Positions 34,501 through 47,547 of a stretch of 63,960 nt of DNA are shown here, piece by piece. Positions within the stretch are counted from its first letter, which is position 1. Every line of letters starts with the position of its first letter. The position numbers and the translations under genes are program-made. The DNA is from Octopus bimaculoides (taxonomy: Eukaryota): assembly GCF_001194135.2 (NCBI RefSeq), contig NC_069005.1:6628664-6692623 (forward strand), in the 5' to 3' direction. The notes under the pieces were generated by a model that was given only the letters and a program-made list of their open reading frames with translations, ran no database searches and was not told the origin of the DNA.

Positions 34501-36808
34501 CTCTATCAAATGTAATGCTTCTTAATCCACTTTGTTTTGAGTTAATCCTGTATTATCTCATAGCTTTGAGATTTCGGTGATGTGAGTCTTTTACTCTTTT
34601 ACTTGTTTCAGTCATTTGACTGCGGCCATGCTGGGGCACTGCCTTTTTTAGTCGAGTAAATCGACCCCAAGACTTATTCTTTGTAAGCCTAGTACTTATT
34701 CTATCGGTCTCTTTTTGCCGAACCGCTAAGTTACGGGGACATAAACACACCAGCCTCAGTTGTCAAGCGAAGTTGGGGGGACAAACACAGACACACAAAC
34801 ATATACATATATACGATGGGCTTCTTTCAGTTTCCATCTACCAAATCCACTCACAAGGCTTTGGTCGGCCCGAGGCTATAGTAGAAGACACTTGCCCAGA
34901 ACTATGTGGCTGGTAAGCAAGCTACTTACTACACAGCCACCCCTGCACCTGATTGTTCGTTTTTAGAATGACATTGTGAGGTAGGTGTGAGAGGTTGCAT
35001 CTAGCTAGTTTGAACATAAAACTGGTAGAAAATTTGGGCCAGATACTAAAGGGTTAAGTGTCAAGTCTCTCCAAAACTGTAATTTAATAAATTACATATT
35101 TATGGATTTCTAAAATTGAAGACTCGTTAATTATTCTTATCACAGGTGCTTCCAGCAGGTTCTCATTCACAATGACAATTCATTTCTTGGTAGTAAAATT
35201 CACCCCTACCCCCCCTCCACTTGAGATTCAGTTTGTTCACCTGCAGTTGTCACCTTCTCACTTGACAGCAATAAATACTTCTCTTCCACCCTACGAAATG
35301 ACAGCTGACATCTTCGCCCCCCCCCTCCTACCACCACCACCACCGCCACTTCATTACGCAGCACCTGCTATCACCAGAAGATTTTACACACCTAGACATA
35401 GACTGGCACTTGTACGGCTCACACACACACACACACACGTACTCATGGATACACATAAACACATGCATAGGCATGTACTTACATACACGTACATACACAT
35501 CTCATTCATTCATTATTCAGCTGTTTGCTTTAAAACATATTGACAAATTTTTATTTGTTTTTCCTTCTTCCCCCTCTTGAACCTTTCATTGCCATCTCAT
35601 CTGCACCTTTTTCTTCTCTTTCTTTCTTTCTTTCTTATTTGTTTGTGTGTACCTATGTCTGTTTATATAACTTGGTGTGTGTGTGTATATATGTATATAT
35701 ATATATTAGATAATAAAATGTATGGTATACATCTGGTATACCGGTAAATCACGTTCATTTTCACAGTGTTTGTTGGGTGTTTGGTTTATGAGAGAGACAG
35801 AAAATGGAAAATACAATAATGTTTATTGATCACTACAATTGTTTCGAGCCATCTAGCATCGACCCCCTCGCGAGTGGGATACTGAACAACTGGCTTAGGA
35901 GCATATGTCGGTGTAGATGTGTCTCTTTAGGGGATTATAAGATATATCTCATCGAAATAACGACTGTTCTGCAAGTTTTCTTCTAAGTATGTGTATACAA
36001 AAGTAGCAAATTAAGGAATACAGCTTCATTATTATAGAAGATCAATAAAAATAAGATGTAAAAAAAAACATACTCAATACAGCAAAAAAAAATGCATTAA
36101 ATATAACTTGGCCGATGTGGATATATAAAAACCCTTGCTTAGGTTGTATGGTGCACGTACACTTGCTTGTACACACTTACATGAAGCTATAAGCATACGT
36201 ACACACATGGTTAGGGGCACATACACTCACACAGTGAATTAAATAGATATTTTGTGTTTATAAGAATGGGGAGGTTACAGTTAATTGAGCCATTCTGTGA
36301 GGTAAATTATGGTTATTAATTGGTTAATGATTACTCTTACTCAAATTCTTTCTCATTGCATAATTTACAAATAAACAAGATATATGACCAAAGCCTTGTG
36401 AGTGGATTTGGTAGATGGAAACTGAAAGAAGCCTGTCACATATATATATATATATATGTTTGTCACCCCCACCATCTCAATACATGATACATTATAACGG
36501 AATTAAAACTATATAACAGCTAGAATTGTATCAGTATTACTTATTTTATTGTGTTTATGTATATATGAGGGGGTGTTTAAAAGTTCCTGGCTTTCAGTAA
36601 AACAAAATGCAGGAGGATCAGTTAATTGTCATTATATTCAGCTTATTCCCCTTTCAGATATTCACACATTTATTGCAAGGGTCCTTCAGTTTTTCTAATC
36701 CCTGTAAAATAACTTGGAAGGTTGGATCTCCAAACAGGCCTTTCGTGGTACCCTTTAATACCAAGAACTTTTCAGAATTCCATTATGTGTGTGTGTATAT
36801 ATATATAT

Positions 36809-36893
<85 letters not shown>

Positions 36894-37164
36894 TGCATAT
36901 ATACACACACACAAGAGGGTGCTGAAAAGTCCCTGGCTTTGGGTAAAAGAAAATACAGGAGGATCAATTAATAATGGTTTTATTCAACATATTCCCCTCT
37001 CAGATTCACACACTTATTGCAGTGGCCCTTCAGTTTTTCTAAACCCTGTAAAAGAACTCAGAAGGTTGGGCCTCCAACCAGGCCTTTTGCGATACCTTTA
37101 AAGCCAGGAACTTTTCAGCCTCCACCTCCCCATTGTGGTGTGTGTATATATATATATATATATA

Positions 37165-37214
<50 letters not shown>

Positions 37215-40200
37215 TCATTCTTGGTGTGCTTAATTTCAGGTGTTGCGTCATGAAGAATTTGTAGAAGGATGTAAAGCGTATTGTAATGGGTAACTATCAA
37301 CTATTTTTTTATTTATGTGTCTCTGCATCCACTTATACCCTTAATCTAATCCTCTGACACAATCACTTGTAACACAGGATGTGACAGGGTGGACCCTTTC
37401 TAATTACTGTTACAGTTCAGCTAACGGACTTCCACATTGTTTCCGTCAACCCCTTTTTCACTTATAAAGGTATTAGATTGACCTGAGGCTATGATAAATT
37501 ATGTGCGCTGAAGATGTCTCTTAATGGAATTGAACCTGGGGCCTCGTGATTCTGAAGTTTATCTATTAACCATCTTATCAAACCTGTCTGCACATACATA
37601 ATTTTGAGCAGAGGCTTACCTATGAATCTTTTTTCTATCTTTTACTTGTTTCAATCATTAGACCGTGGCCAAGTTGGAGCACTGCCTTAAAGAATTTTTA
37701 GTCAAAGCAATCAACACAAGAACATTTCTTTCTCTTTTAAGCCTGATGCTTATTCTATTGATCTCTCTTGCTGAACCACTATGTTAGGGGGACATAAACA
37801 CACCAACATCGGTTGTCAAGCAATGGGGAGAGACGAACACAGACACAAAGACACATGTTTGTGTGGTTCTCTGTGTATTTATTCCTATGTATCAATCCCC
37901 CTCCCTATGGCAATTACAATGCAATCTATTCAGTGCACTTAATCTGTTAGAAATAGTAGTCAAATCTCCCACAAATAACAACCTACCACCTAAAAAAAAA
38001 GAACAAACAAACAATAAAAAACATATCAGCTAATCCAATTCCTGATGCAATTTCTCCCAAAGTCTGCTGGCCAAGGCTAAACGTTTCACAGCAGTAGACC
38101 ATCAACTTTGCTTGTCAAGCCATCCACCTCATCTACTTAAAATTCCTGTAATGTCAACTTTTGTTCTGTTATAGAACATTAAAATATAGCCGTTACATTG
38201 TCGTGTGGGTGTCAGTATTCTGATGTCCCATTGTAGAGCCTAGACTGTCCTTTTGTAAACAATGCACGTGTCTTATTGGTGGGCATGGCTCAGTGATCAG
38301 CACATCAGGCTCACAATCATGAGGTAGTGAGTTCGATTCTTGGACTGGGCTGTGTGATGTGTTCTTGAGCAAGACACTCTATTTCACATTGCTCCAGTTC
38401 ACTCAGCTGTAGAAATGAGTTGCAACATCACTGGAGCCATGCTGTATCGGCCTCTTTGCCTTTTCCTTGGATAACATCAGTGGTGTGGAGATGGGAGGCT
38501 GGTCTTCCATAAACAACCTTGTGCCAAGGAGGGTAACTTTCTAGGTGCATTCCCATGGTCATTCATGACCGAAAGGGGGTCTTTACACTTACTTGTCCTA
38601 TTCTAGGACTCAGCACTGTCCTGTTGTAGCCCCTAAACTGTCTTGTAAGCCCTACATTAGTCATGGGCAACTCTGCAGCCCACAGGACTTTCTGAATGGC
38701 ATACCAAACTTAAAAAGCACCCAGCACACACTGTAAAGTGGTTGGCACTTGGAAGGGCATTCAGCCTTAGAAGCCAAGCCAAATCTGCTATCACCCTCTT
38801 TGGTCAAACTGTCCAGTGCATGTCACCCTGGAAAATGGATGTTAAAGGAGGGTGATGACGATGATGATGATGATGTTTTAATTAGTGTGTCCTGCCTAAT
38901 AATGGATATCTCATGTGGCCGACTTATAAGGAAAGGTTACCCGTGCCTGCCCCACACTCTCCTAATGTAGGCCCTGCACTCTCCTATTGAGGGTCCTACA
39001 CCATCCCATTTCTGGACCCTATACTGTCCTAACATAGACCCTACACATTTCTATTGCAGCCCTTATGATGGCAGGTGGAGCAAAACTATGATTGGTTATG
39101 GCAGTGAGGACAATCACTTTGTAATGGAATTGACTTACAACTATAATATTGGTTCTTACCATCATGGAAATGATTTCTGGGTAAGTATCCTGATTCCTTG
39201 GTTGCTTTTTGTTTTGCTACTGGGAATCGTTTGACCCTTTTTGCTCAAAGGGTTTCTTGGTTTCTTCATATTTTGGCAATAACTCTTTTACTTGTTTCAG
39301 TCATTTGACTGTGGCCATGCTGGAGCACTGCCTTTAGTCGAGCAAATCGACCCCAGGACTTATTCTTTGGAAGCCTAGTACTTATTCTATCGGTCTCTTT
39401 TGCCGAACCACTAAGTTACGGGAACATAAACACACCACCATCAGTTGTCAAGCGATGTTGAGGGGACAAACACACACACACACATACATACGATGGGCTT
39501 CTTTCAGTTTCCGTCTACCAAATCCACTCACAAGGCTTTGGTTGGCCTGAGGCTATAGTAGAAGACACTTGCCTAAGGTGCCACTCAGTGGGACTGAACC
39601 CGGAACCATGTGGTTGGTAAGCAAGCTACTTACCACACAGCCACTCCTGCACCTAATGTAGGCCCTAATAAAAGGAAAAAGTAATAGCAAAACTATTTTC
39701 AACTTATAAGGTGTTTGTGTGTGTGAGAGAATGAGAGAGAGAGATAAAGAGAGGGTAATGACTGGCTTTCTATCCTGGGTCAGATGTGTATGTGTAGTGG
39801 GCCAAATTGTGGTGCCGCATGGCTTAGTGGTTAGGGTGTTGGACTCATGATTGTAAGATTATGGTTTCGATTCTGGGACTGAGCGACATGTTGTAGTCTT
39901 GAGCAAAACACTTCATTTCATATTGCTCCAGTCCACTCAGCTAGCCAAACTGAGTAACCCTGCGATGGACCGGTGTCCTGTCCAAGTGGGGAAATTATAT
40001 GCCATGAAACCAGGAAACTTGCCCTTATGAGTCAGCATGACTCAAGAATGTAACTTTACTGGGCCAAATTCTCTGTAGTAGTTGGTTTTGGCTCACCAGA
40101 TTTTGAACCAAAATCTCACCTAATGTTGCCTTTGCCTCTCCTCTACCCAGCCCAGTCATAGAAAGCAGGTAATGAAAACCCTTGGCATTGCTATAAGTGT

Positions 40201-43200
40201 TAGAAATACAGCCAGTTACAATCACCCTTGGCTATTTTCCACAGGGATATCTCTGTAAGACACCATGGACCCATATCTGAAAAATAACCGTCTGTGGTGC
40301 CAGCTTGGACAAGATCTTAATTTTTATAGAAGACCAGACTAGCAGTTACTCCTTTATGCTAATGATCTCCAAAGAAAAGACAAGGGCCAATTCAACTTGG
40401 GGCCAGTATTGTCATGGGAGCTGCTGTCAGAAGGTAAAAAATTAGAATGTTTACTGCAAGGCATCTCACCTAAGGTTCTGACAATTCTGTCAGACCCTGG
40501 CCTTAGACTGCTGGTACTTTATCTATAGACCAGTGGCACTTTATCTGTCAGCAGATAGTACTTTATGCTGGATGGTGGTACTTTATCTGTTGGATGGCAG
40601 TACTTCATTTGTTGGCTGGTGGTAATTTCTCTGTTAGGTGATTGTACTCTATGTGTTGACTGGTTGTACTCTGTGTCGGCTGGTTGTACTCTGTCGGCTG
40701 GTAGCATTGGACCGACCAAAGCCTTGTGAGTGGATTTGGTAGACAGAAACTGAAAAGAAGCCCGTCTTGTGTGTGTGTGTGTGTGTCTGTGTTTGTCTCC
40801 CCACCATTGATTGACAACCAATGTTAGTGTGTTTGCGTCCCTGTAACTTAACGGTTCAGCAAAAGAGACTGATAAAGTAAGTACCAGGCTTACAAAGAAT
40901 AAGTCCTGCGGTTGATTTTCTTTGACTAAAAGACGGTGCTCCAGCATGGCTACAGTCAAATGCCTGAAACAAATAAAAGGATTAAAAAAAACGTACACTT
41001 CTCCACACAAAGCTATCTAAATATAACTTTATATCTCACTATTTGTTTGTGTAACCTCCCTCAGGGCATTACCATCTTCTCCAACACCATCATGGACAAT
41101 GTCCGCAAGAACAAATACAGCTTCACTGAAGAAGATGGTGGCTTTGTCTTAAAATCACCCGATGGTTATAAGTTCCTCATCATGGAAAATAAAAGTGAAG
41201 GGGGTAAGTAGCTTGAATTAATGTTTTTTTTTTATATGGGAGGAGGGTAGGGGATAGGTATGGCTGTGTGGTTAGCAAGTCTGCTTTGCAATCCCATGGC
41301 TTTGGGTTCAGTCCTCCATGACTCTTTGGGAAAGTGTTTTTCTACCAGAGACTTGAGTTGACCACAGTCTTACAAGTGAAATTGGATTTTTCTTTTCTGA
41401 GCGCCCCTCCTACTGACCTTTTTTCTTTCCTTCGTTTCTGTCTCTCAATGTTTCCCCACTTTCTCTGTCTGATATCCCCCTTCACTCATCATTCCTTCAG
41501 TGTCTGGTTTCCCCTGCCCTTTCTCTTTGATTTCCACCCCCGCAACCCCTTCTCACCGTTCCCCCTCTCCCTGATGCCTTAATCACCTCACATACAAATA
41601 ATCTTATCTCTTTTCCAGATCCTGTCAAGAAAGTAACGCTATGTGTCTCAGACCTTGTTCGCTCTATTGGTAAGCACACCTCATTTTATATTTTGTTCTA
41701 TCGAATGTATGATTATTTATTCACATTGTTCTGAATTATGCATTATCGCCTAGCTAAGATTTCGATGATGCAATTGTCTATTTTTAGAATAATGTTGTAG
41801 GGTATGTGTGAGAGGCCAGATCTGATCAGTTTGAATACAAAAAAGGTTGACTGTTTTGGGCCAGATGTGATAGGTTTAAATGTTAAAGGATTGATCAGCA
41901 TTGCCTTAAGTTGGCAAGGAAGCCTCTATGTGGTGGCTTAATCTACTTGACATAGTAGTCAAATCTCCCTCAATCACTTACTATACTCTTAGGAAAAAAT
42001 GGCCACATTGAATTTCAGGTCATAAGTTCTTTGCACACAGGAAATAGATGGTGTGGTTATGTTTGGAATGCTTTTAATTAGAATCTGAATACCTTTAATT
42101 TGTTCTATCAGGACTGTTGTTGGTGTTGTTGCTGGCACTCCATCGATTACAACGTCGAGGGTTCCAGTTGATCTGATCAACGGAACAGCCTGCTCGTGAA
42201 ATTAACGTGCAGGTGGCTGAGCACTCCACAGACACGTGTACCCTTAACGTAGTTCTCGGGGATATTCAGTGTGACAATGCTGACCCTTTGAATTACTGGC
42301 ACAACAGAAACAGGAAGTAAGAGTGAGAGAAAGTTGTGGTGGAAGAGTACAGCAGGGTTCGCCACCATCCCCTTCTGGAGCCTTGTGGAGCTTTTAGGTG
42401 TTTTTGCTCAATAAACATACGTAAGCTCGCAAAGAATGATGCCAGTATGCTCCGTTGGATGTGTAATGTCAATGTGAATACCCGTCAGAGTGTAAGTATC
42501 TTGAGAGAAAAGCTGAACATTAGAAGCATCAGTTGTGGCGTGCAAGAGAGACGATTGCGCTGGTATGGACATGTGGTGAGAATGGAGGAGGATAGCTGTG
42601 TGAAAAAGTGCCACACCCTAACAGTTGAGGGAACCTGTGGAAGAGGTAGGCCCAGGAAGACCTGGGCTGAGGTGGTGAGGCAAGACCTTCGTACATTGGG
42701 CCTCACCGAGGTGATGACTNNNNNNNNNNNNNNNNNNNNNNNNNNNNNNNNNNNNNNNNNNNNNNNNNNNNNNNNNNNNNNNNNNNNNNNNNNNNNNNNN
42801 NNNNNNNNNNNNNNNNNNNNNNNNNNNNNNNNNNNNNNNNNNNNNNNNNNNNNNNNNNNNNNNNNNNNNNNNNNNNNAAAGACACCATTTCGAGCGTGGC
42901 CGTTTTCGTGCGGGTGACATGTAAAAGCACCCACTACACTCTCTGAGTGGTTGGTGTTAGGAAGGGCATCCAGCTGTAGAAACTCTGCCAAATTAGACTG
43001 GAGCCTGGTGTTGCCATCCGGTTTCACCAGTCCTCAGTCAAATCGTCCAACCCATGCTAGCATGGAAAGCGGACGTTAAATGATGATAATGATGATGATG
43101 AAACACTCACAACGCCCGGTCTGGGAATCGAAACTGCGATCCTATGACTGCAAGTCTGCTGCCCTAACCACTGGGCCATTGCGCCTCCTCTCTATCAGGA

Positions 43201-43664
43201 CTAACCTGCAGCTAAACAGCATCATAACCTATCCTTAAAATAACAACAAACTTCTTGAATTTGTTTTGTCTTGAAGTAAATACAGAAATTTGTCGTCCCC
43301 CACTTCACCCTGCCTCCTTCCTCATCACCGTCTCCCCTCTTTGTTTGACAGATTTCTGGAGTCGACTCGTTGGCATGGCAGTTTATTGTCAGTCTGAGAA
43401 GAAAGCAGAGTTAGGCTTTGACGACACATACGTAAGTTGTCTCTCTTTTTGTCTATTCAGGATGAACCAAAAGTAGGTAAACAGTAGGTTGAATAGGGTT
43501 TCCGTGAAGGTTATTATTATAACCTGCATCGATAAAATTTTCAGTGCTTTGTATTGTATTACTATATACAATAAATATATAATAATTGTTTATTAAAATT
43601 TCATTGCATTAGTAAGTAATCTCAAAATAAATATCATTTACTGTCCACGTACTTTTGGTTCAGC

Positions 43665-43701
<37 letters not shown>

Positions 43702-46700
43702 CAAAATAAAGAGTAGATAGACAGCTGGCAACTGATGAAGGGTCGTTCTCTGTTATTTGTCCTGCTTCCCATTTTTTGGGCAAGTGTCTTCTACTATACC
43801 CTGGGCCCACCAAAGCCTTGTGAGTGGATTTGGTTGACAGAAACTGAAAGAAGCCCATTATATATATGTATATGCATGTGTATATATATACACACATATA
43901 TGTGTCTGTGTGGTGGTGGTGGTGGTGGTGGTGGTGGGGGTGCTATCTCTGCCTGGAATTTGAACTGCTTCCAAGGGGCTCCTTTTTCTCTTTTGCTCTG
44001 GATGAACTCTCTGTAGACTATGGCCTTTAGCATTCTTCATTTTTCCACGTGTGACATGGTTTGCATATCTGAACTGTCTGAGCAGCAACATGGGTTCAGT
44101 ACCTGATGTGTTGATTTGCCAGAGGACTTCATTGTTGGTGATGTGTTCCATCCATGAAATATCCATGACAGATTGAAGTCATTGCTGGTGGAACCATTCC
44201 AGTGGCCTATACGACACCCAAATTTCTGACTCCTTAAACAAGAATAGTGATAACTGCTTTGTAAATTTTGCACTAATCATACATTCACTCTTGCACCTGC
44301 CCCTTGATCACTAATTGATGTAACATGATGTTACTACGAAATGAAGGTGAAGGTCACTCGTTCATTCTAACAACTGTACAATTATGACTAAACGATGTAA
44401 TATGCTGCTGTTATTACTAGGCTGAAGGTGAAGGTCATCCATACACAGCCCTGCATGCCGCGCTAGCTGGTTGGTGTATTGTTTTAGCTTTTTAACATTT
44501 AAACAGGCCATATGTGGCTCAACCATTTTACATATTTTACGTTAAAACTGGTCAGATCTGGCCACTCACACCCACCCTACAATATCATTTTAATAAAAAT
44601 AATTGAAATCTCAAAACTATTAAATACTGCATGATTAATTCAAAACTTTGAATAAATAAGGATTATATTTAACAGAGTAATCTGAACCCATTAATGAATG
44701 TAGTTTGATTTATCATTCTGCAATTTATTACAACTAATTAGAACCAATTAAATGTTTAGCATTTAAACTGCCCATATCCAGCCAAATGTCTTGATTGTGT
44801 GACTGTTAAGAAGTCCATCAAACATCCTTCCAAAGTTTCTACAGTGATGATTATCTCCTCTCTGTATTTTTTCTTCTCTAGTGTAACCTGGAACTTATAG
44901 AGATAGCAGAACCGTTTGACCGTGGCACCGCTTATGGCAGAATCGCCTTTGCTGTACCACGGCAAGAGGTAAGTCTTGTTGGTATTTCCTTTCTGTTATA
45001 ATCCCAACCCTGTTGAAAGAAGTTCTTGGTCATATCTAAATGTTGAAGATGAGTTACTGTTGATCAGCCATGGGTGACCTGCAGCCCACGGGACGTTCTG
45101 AATCATCCTTTAACGTCTGCCTTCCCTGCTGGCATGGGTTGGATGGTTTACAGGAGCTGACCAGGGAGAAGCTTGCACCAGACTTCTGTGTCTGTTTTGG
45201 CATGGTTTTTACAGCTGGATGCCCCCTTCCTAACACCAACCACCCCCACAGAGTGGACTGGGTGCTTTTTACATGGCACCAGCACAGGTGAGGTCAGTTT
45301 TGGCATGGTGTTCTACAGCTGGATGCCCTTCTAAATGCCAACCAGTGTGGATGGCACCACCATGGGTAGGGTCACCAAGTAACTTGCAAGACAAGGAATT
45401 GTGAGAGGGGAGGGGGCATTGGAAGAGGGGATCTTGTGTCAAATGACGAAAGGTTCAAGTGTGACTGAGAGACAGAAACAGGTGTCTTGCTATAAAGGTG
45501 GAACATGGTTACCTGACCGAGAGAGGGAGAGAGTGGTAACGAGAAAGACACCTAATAAAAAAAATAACCTTGAATTTTTTGTAATAGTGCTGCACACCTG
45601 ATGAAGAGCCATGTCTAATGCAATCTGTTTCTCGAGAAAGTTTGCTCGTGTGTTGTAGATTCATTAATTCGTTCACCAAGACACGTGTCATCTCCAGCCA
45701 GGGGGACAGCCTTGCCACCCCTGTCTCTTGACTCCTTCCAGTACCGTCCATTTGTTAATGGTCTCTGGTCTGTGAATTTTCTTTACTTGCTTATTTGAGG
45801 TGGCTGGACGGGAAAGAAATACAAGACGCTCGAGGGTGGAGGCTGTGGTGGATAGGTGTGGGCATTGAGGGTGATAGCAGATAAGTCAGGTGTTAACGAC
45901 GGAGACACACACGATGGGCTTCTTTCAATTTCCTCCTACAAAATCCACTCATAGGGCTACAGTAGAACACATTTGCCCAAGGTGCCATGCAGTGAGATTG
46001 AACCCAAGAAAACATTGTTGAGAAGCAAGCTTCTCAATCACATAACCATACCTGTACCTATTGTTTTATTTTGATTGTTTTCTTTCTATTGTTCAGCTTT
46101 CAATCATTCAAAGAACTTTGGAGGAGGAACACGAAACTATCCTTACTCCTCTATTGGCGCTAGACACTCCTGGGAAAGCCACTGTGGAAGTTGTTATTTG
46201 TGCTGATCCTGTAAGTAATCTTGCTTAAAATAATATTTTTTTTTTACATGACCCCTGCAGGCGTTCCATTCCCTTCTTAGAGCTTAGATGGCAGCAAGTT
46301 GGTGGCAGTCATTAGAGCATCGGATATAATGCTTTGCAATATTCCTTCTGCATGAGAGTGGGGGTGTTTCCTATTCATATATATATATAATGCAAAATCT
46401 GAAACGTATTTAATGCTTTCAAAACAAGCACAAACTAGGCCTGTCCTGACTTCATTTATGTGGATCCTCTAACAAGGACTTAGGGCAGTTTGTTCTATTT
46501 GGCTCATGTTGAAAATTCTGGTACTGTGCATTACTTCTAAGCAAAACACTATATTCTCTTTTCCTCTCGTTGCTCACCTATTCTTCTACTTCCTCCCTTT
46601 ACCACTCTCTCTCTTCCCTTTACACCGGCATGGTCACATGCTTCCGGTCAATAATCCTTTTCTTCCTTGGCTATCGCCGAGCAAACGCACAAACTACTTC

Positions 46701-47488
46701 GTCCCTTTCAAGTTCGTGCTTCACAGCGTTCATACACACATAATTTTTCTCGTCTGGCCGTAAAGCCTTTTCTGTTTGTTTTCCTGTCTTGTTTTTTGTC
46801 CGCCACTACATTCCTCCATGGCTCGATTTAATTTGCGTATACAAATTTAATCTGCGGTCCATGGGATGAGCCGTTTTAACGATGCGTCCTGCCCGAAGCT
46901 CGTCGAAACGCCGGTGTTAAAACGTGGGTAGCTGATGAAGTAGAATGTTCTCTATGTGGCTCGTGTGTTTTCTCGTTTACGTTTGTTTGCAATGTCCTGT
47001 ACCCAGATATGCACCTATACATACAGGTGGATGTCAGTATGCACATACCTGTACGTATATATGCATATACTCATTTACTATTTGTTTTTATATATATATG
47101 TATATATATTCTTTTGTTTCAGTCATTAGACTGAGGCCATGTTGGGGCACCACCTAGAAAAATTTTTTATCAAATGTACTGACTCCAGTACTCGTCTTTT
47201 TTTAAAGACTAGTACTTACTCTATCAGTCCGTTTTGCTGAACTGCTAAGTTATGGGGGACATAACACACCAGCACCGGTTGTCAAACAGTGGCAGGGAGA
47301 CAAACATAGACACAAAGACAATCGCTGACCAACTACACTTATATATTTTTTTTCTCTCCTTGTTTCTTTCTGTTGAAGAGCGTAGGCTCGAAACGTTAAA
47401 GACTTTCTCTATTCCCGAGCGTTATACTAATACATCCATTTGTTGTCTACACCACCTGTGTTCGTCTGTTGTTTTTTCGTGAATTCTA

Positions 47489-47547
<59 letters not shown>

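Noticed and set aside
35828-35865. Minus-strand GCTCGAAACAATTGTA as a hammerhead half
   Set aside because: It has a palindromic stem III and a GUA site but no CUGANGA box upstream.
45598-45650. CTGATGAAGAGC as another hammerhead
   Set aside because: The first box and stem start are present, but no GAAA follows the GCTC and there are no stems I or III.
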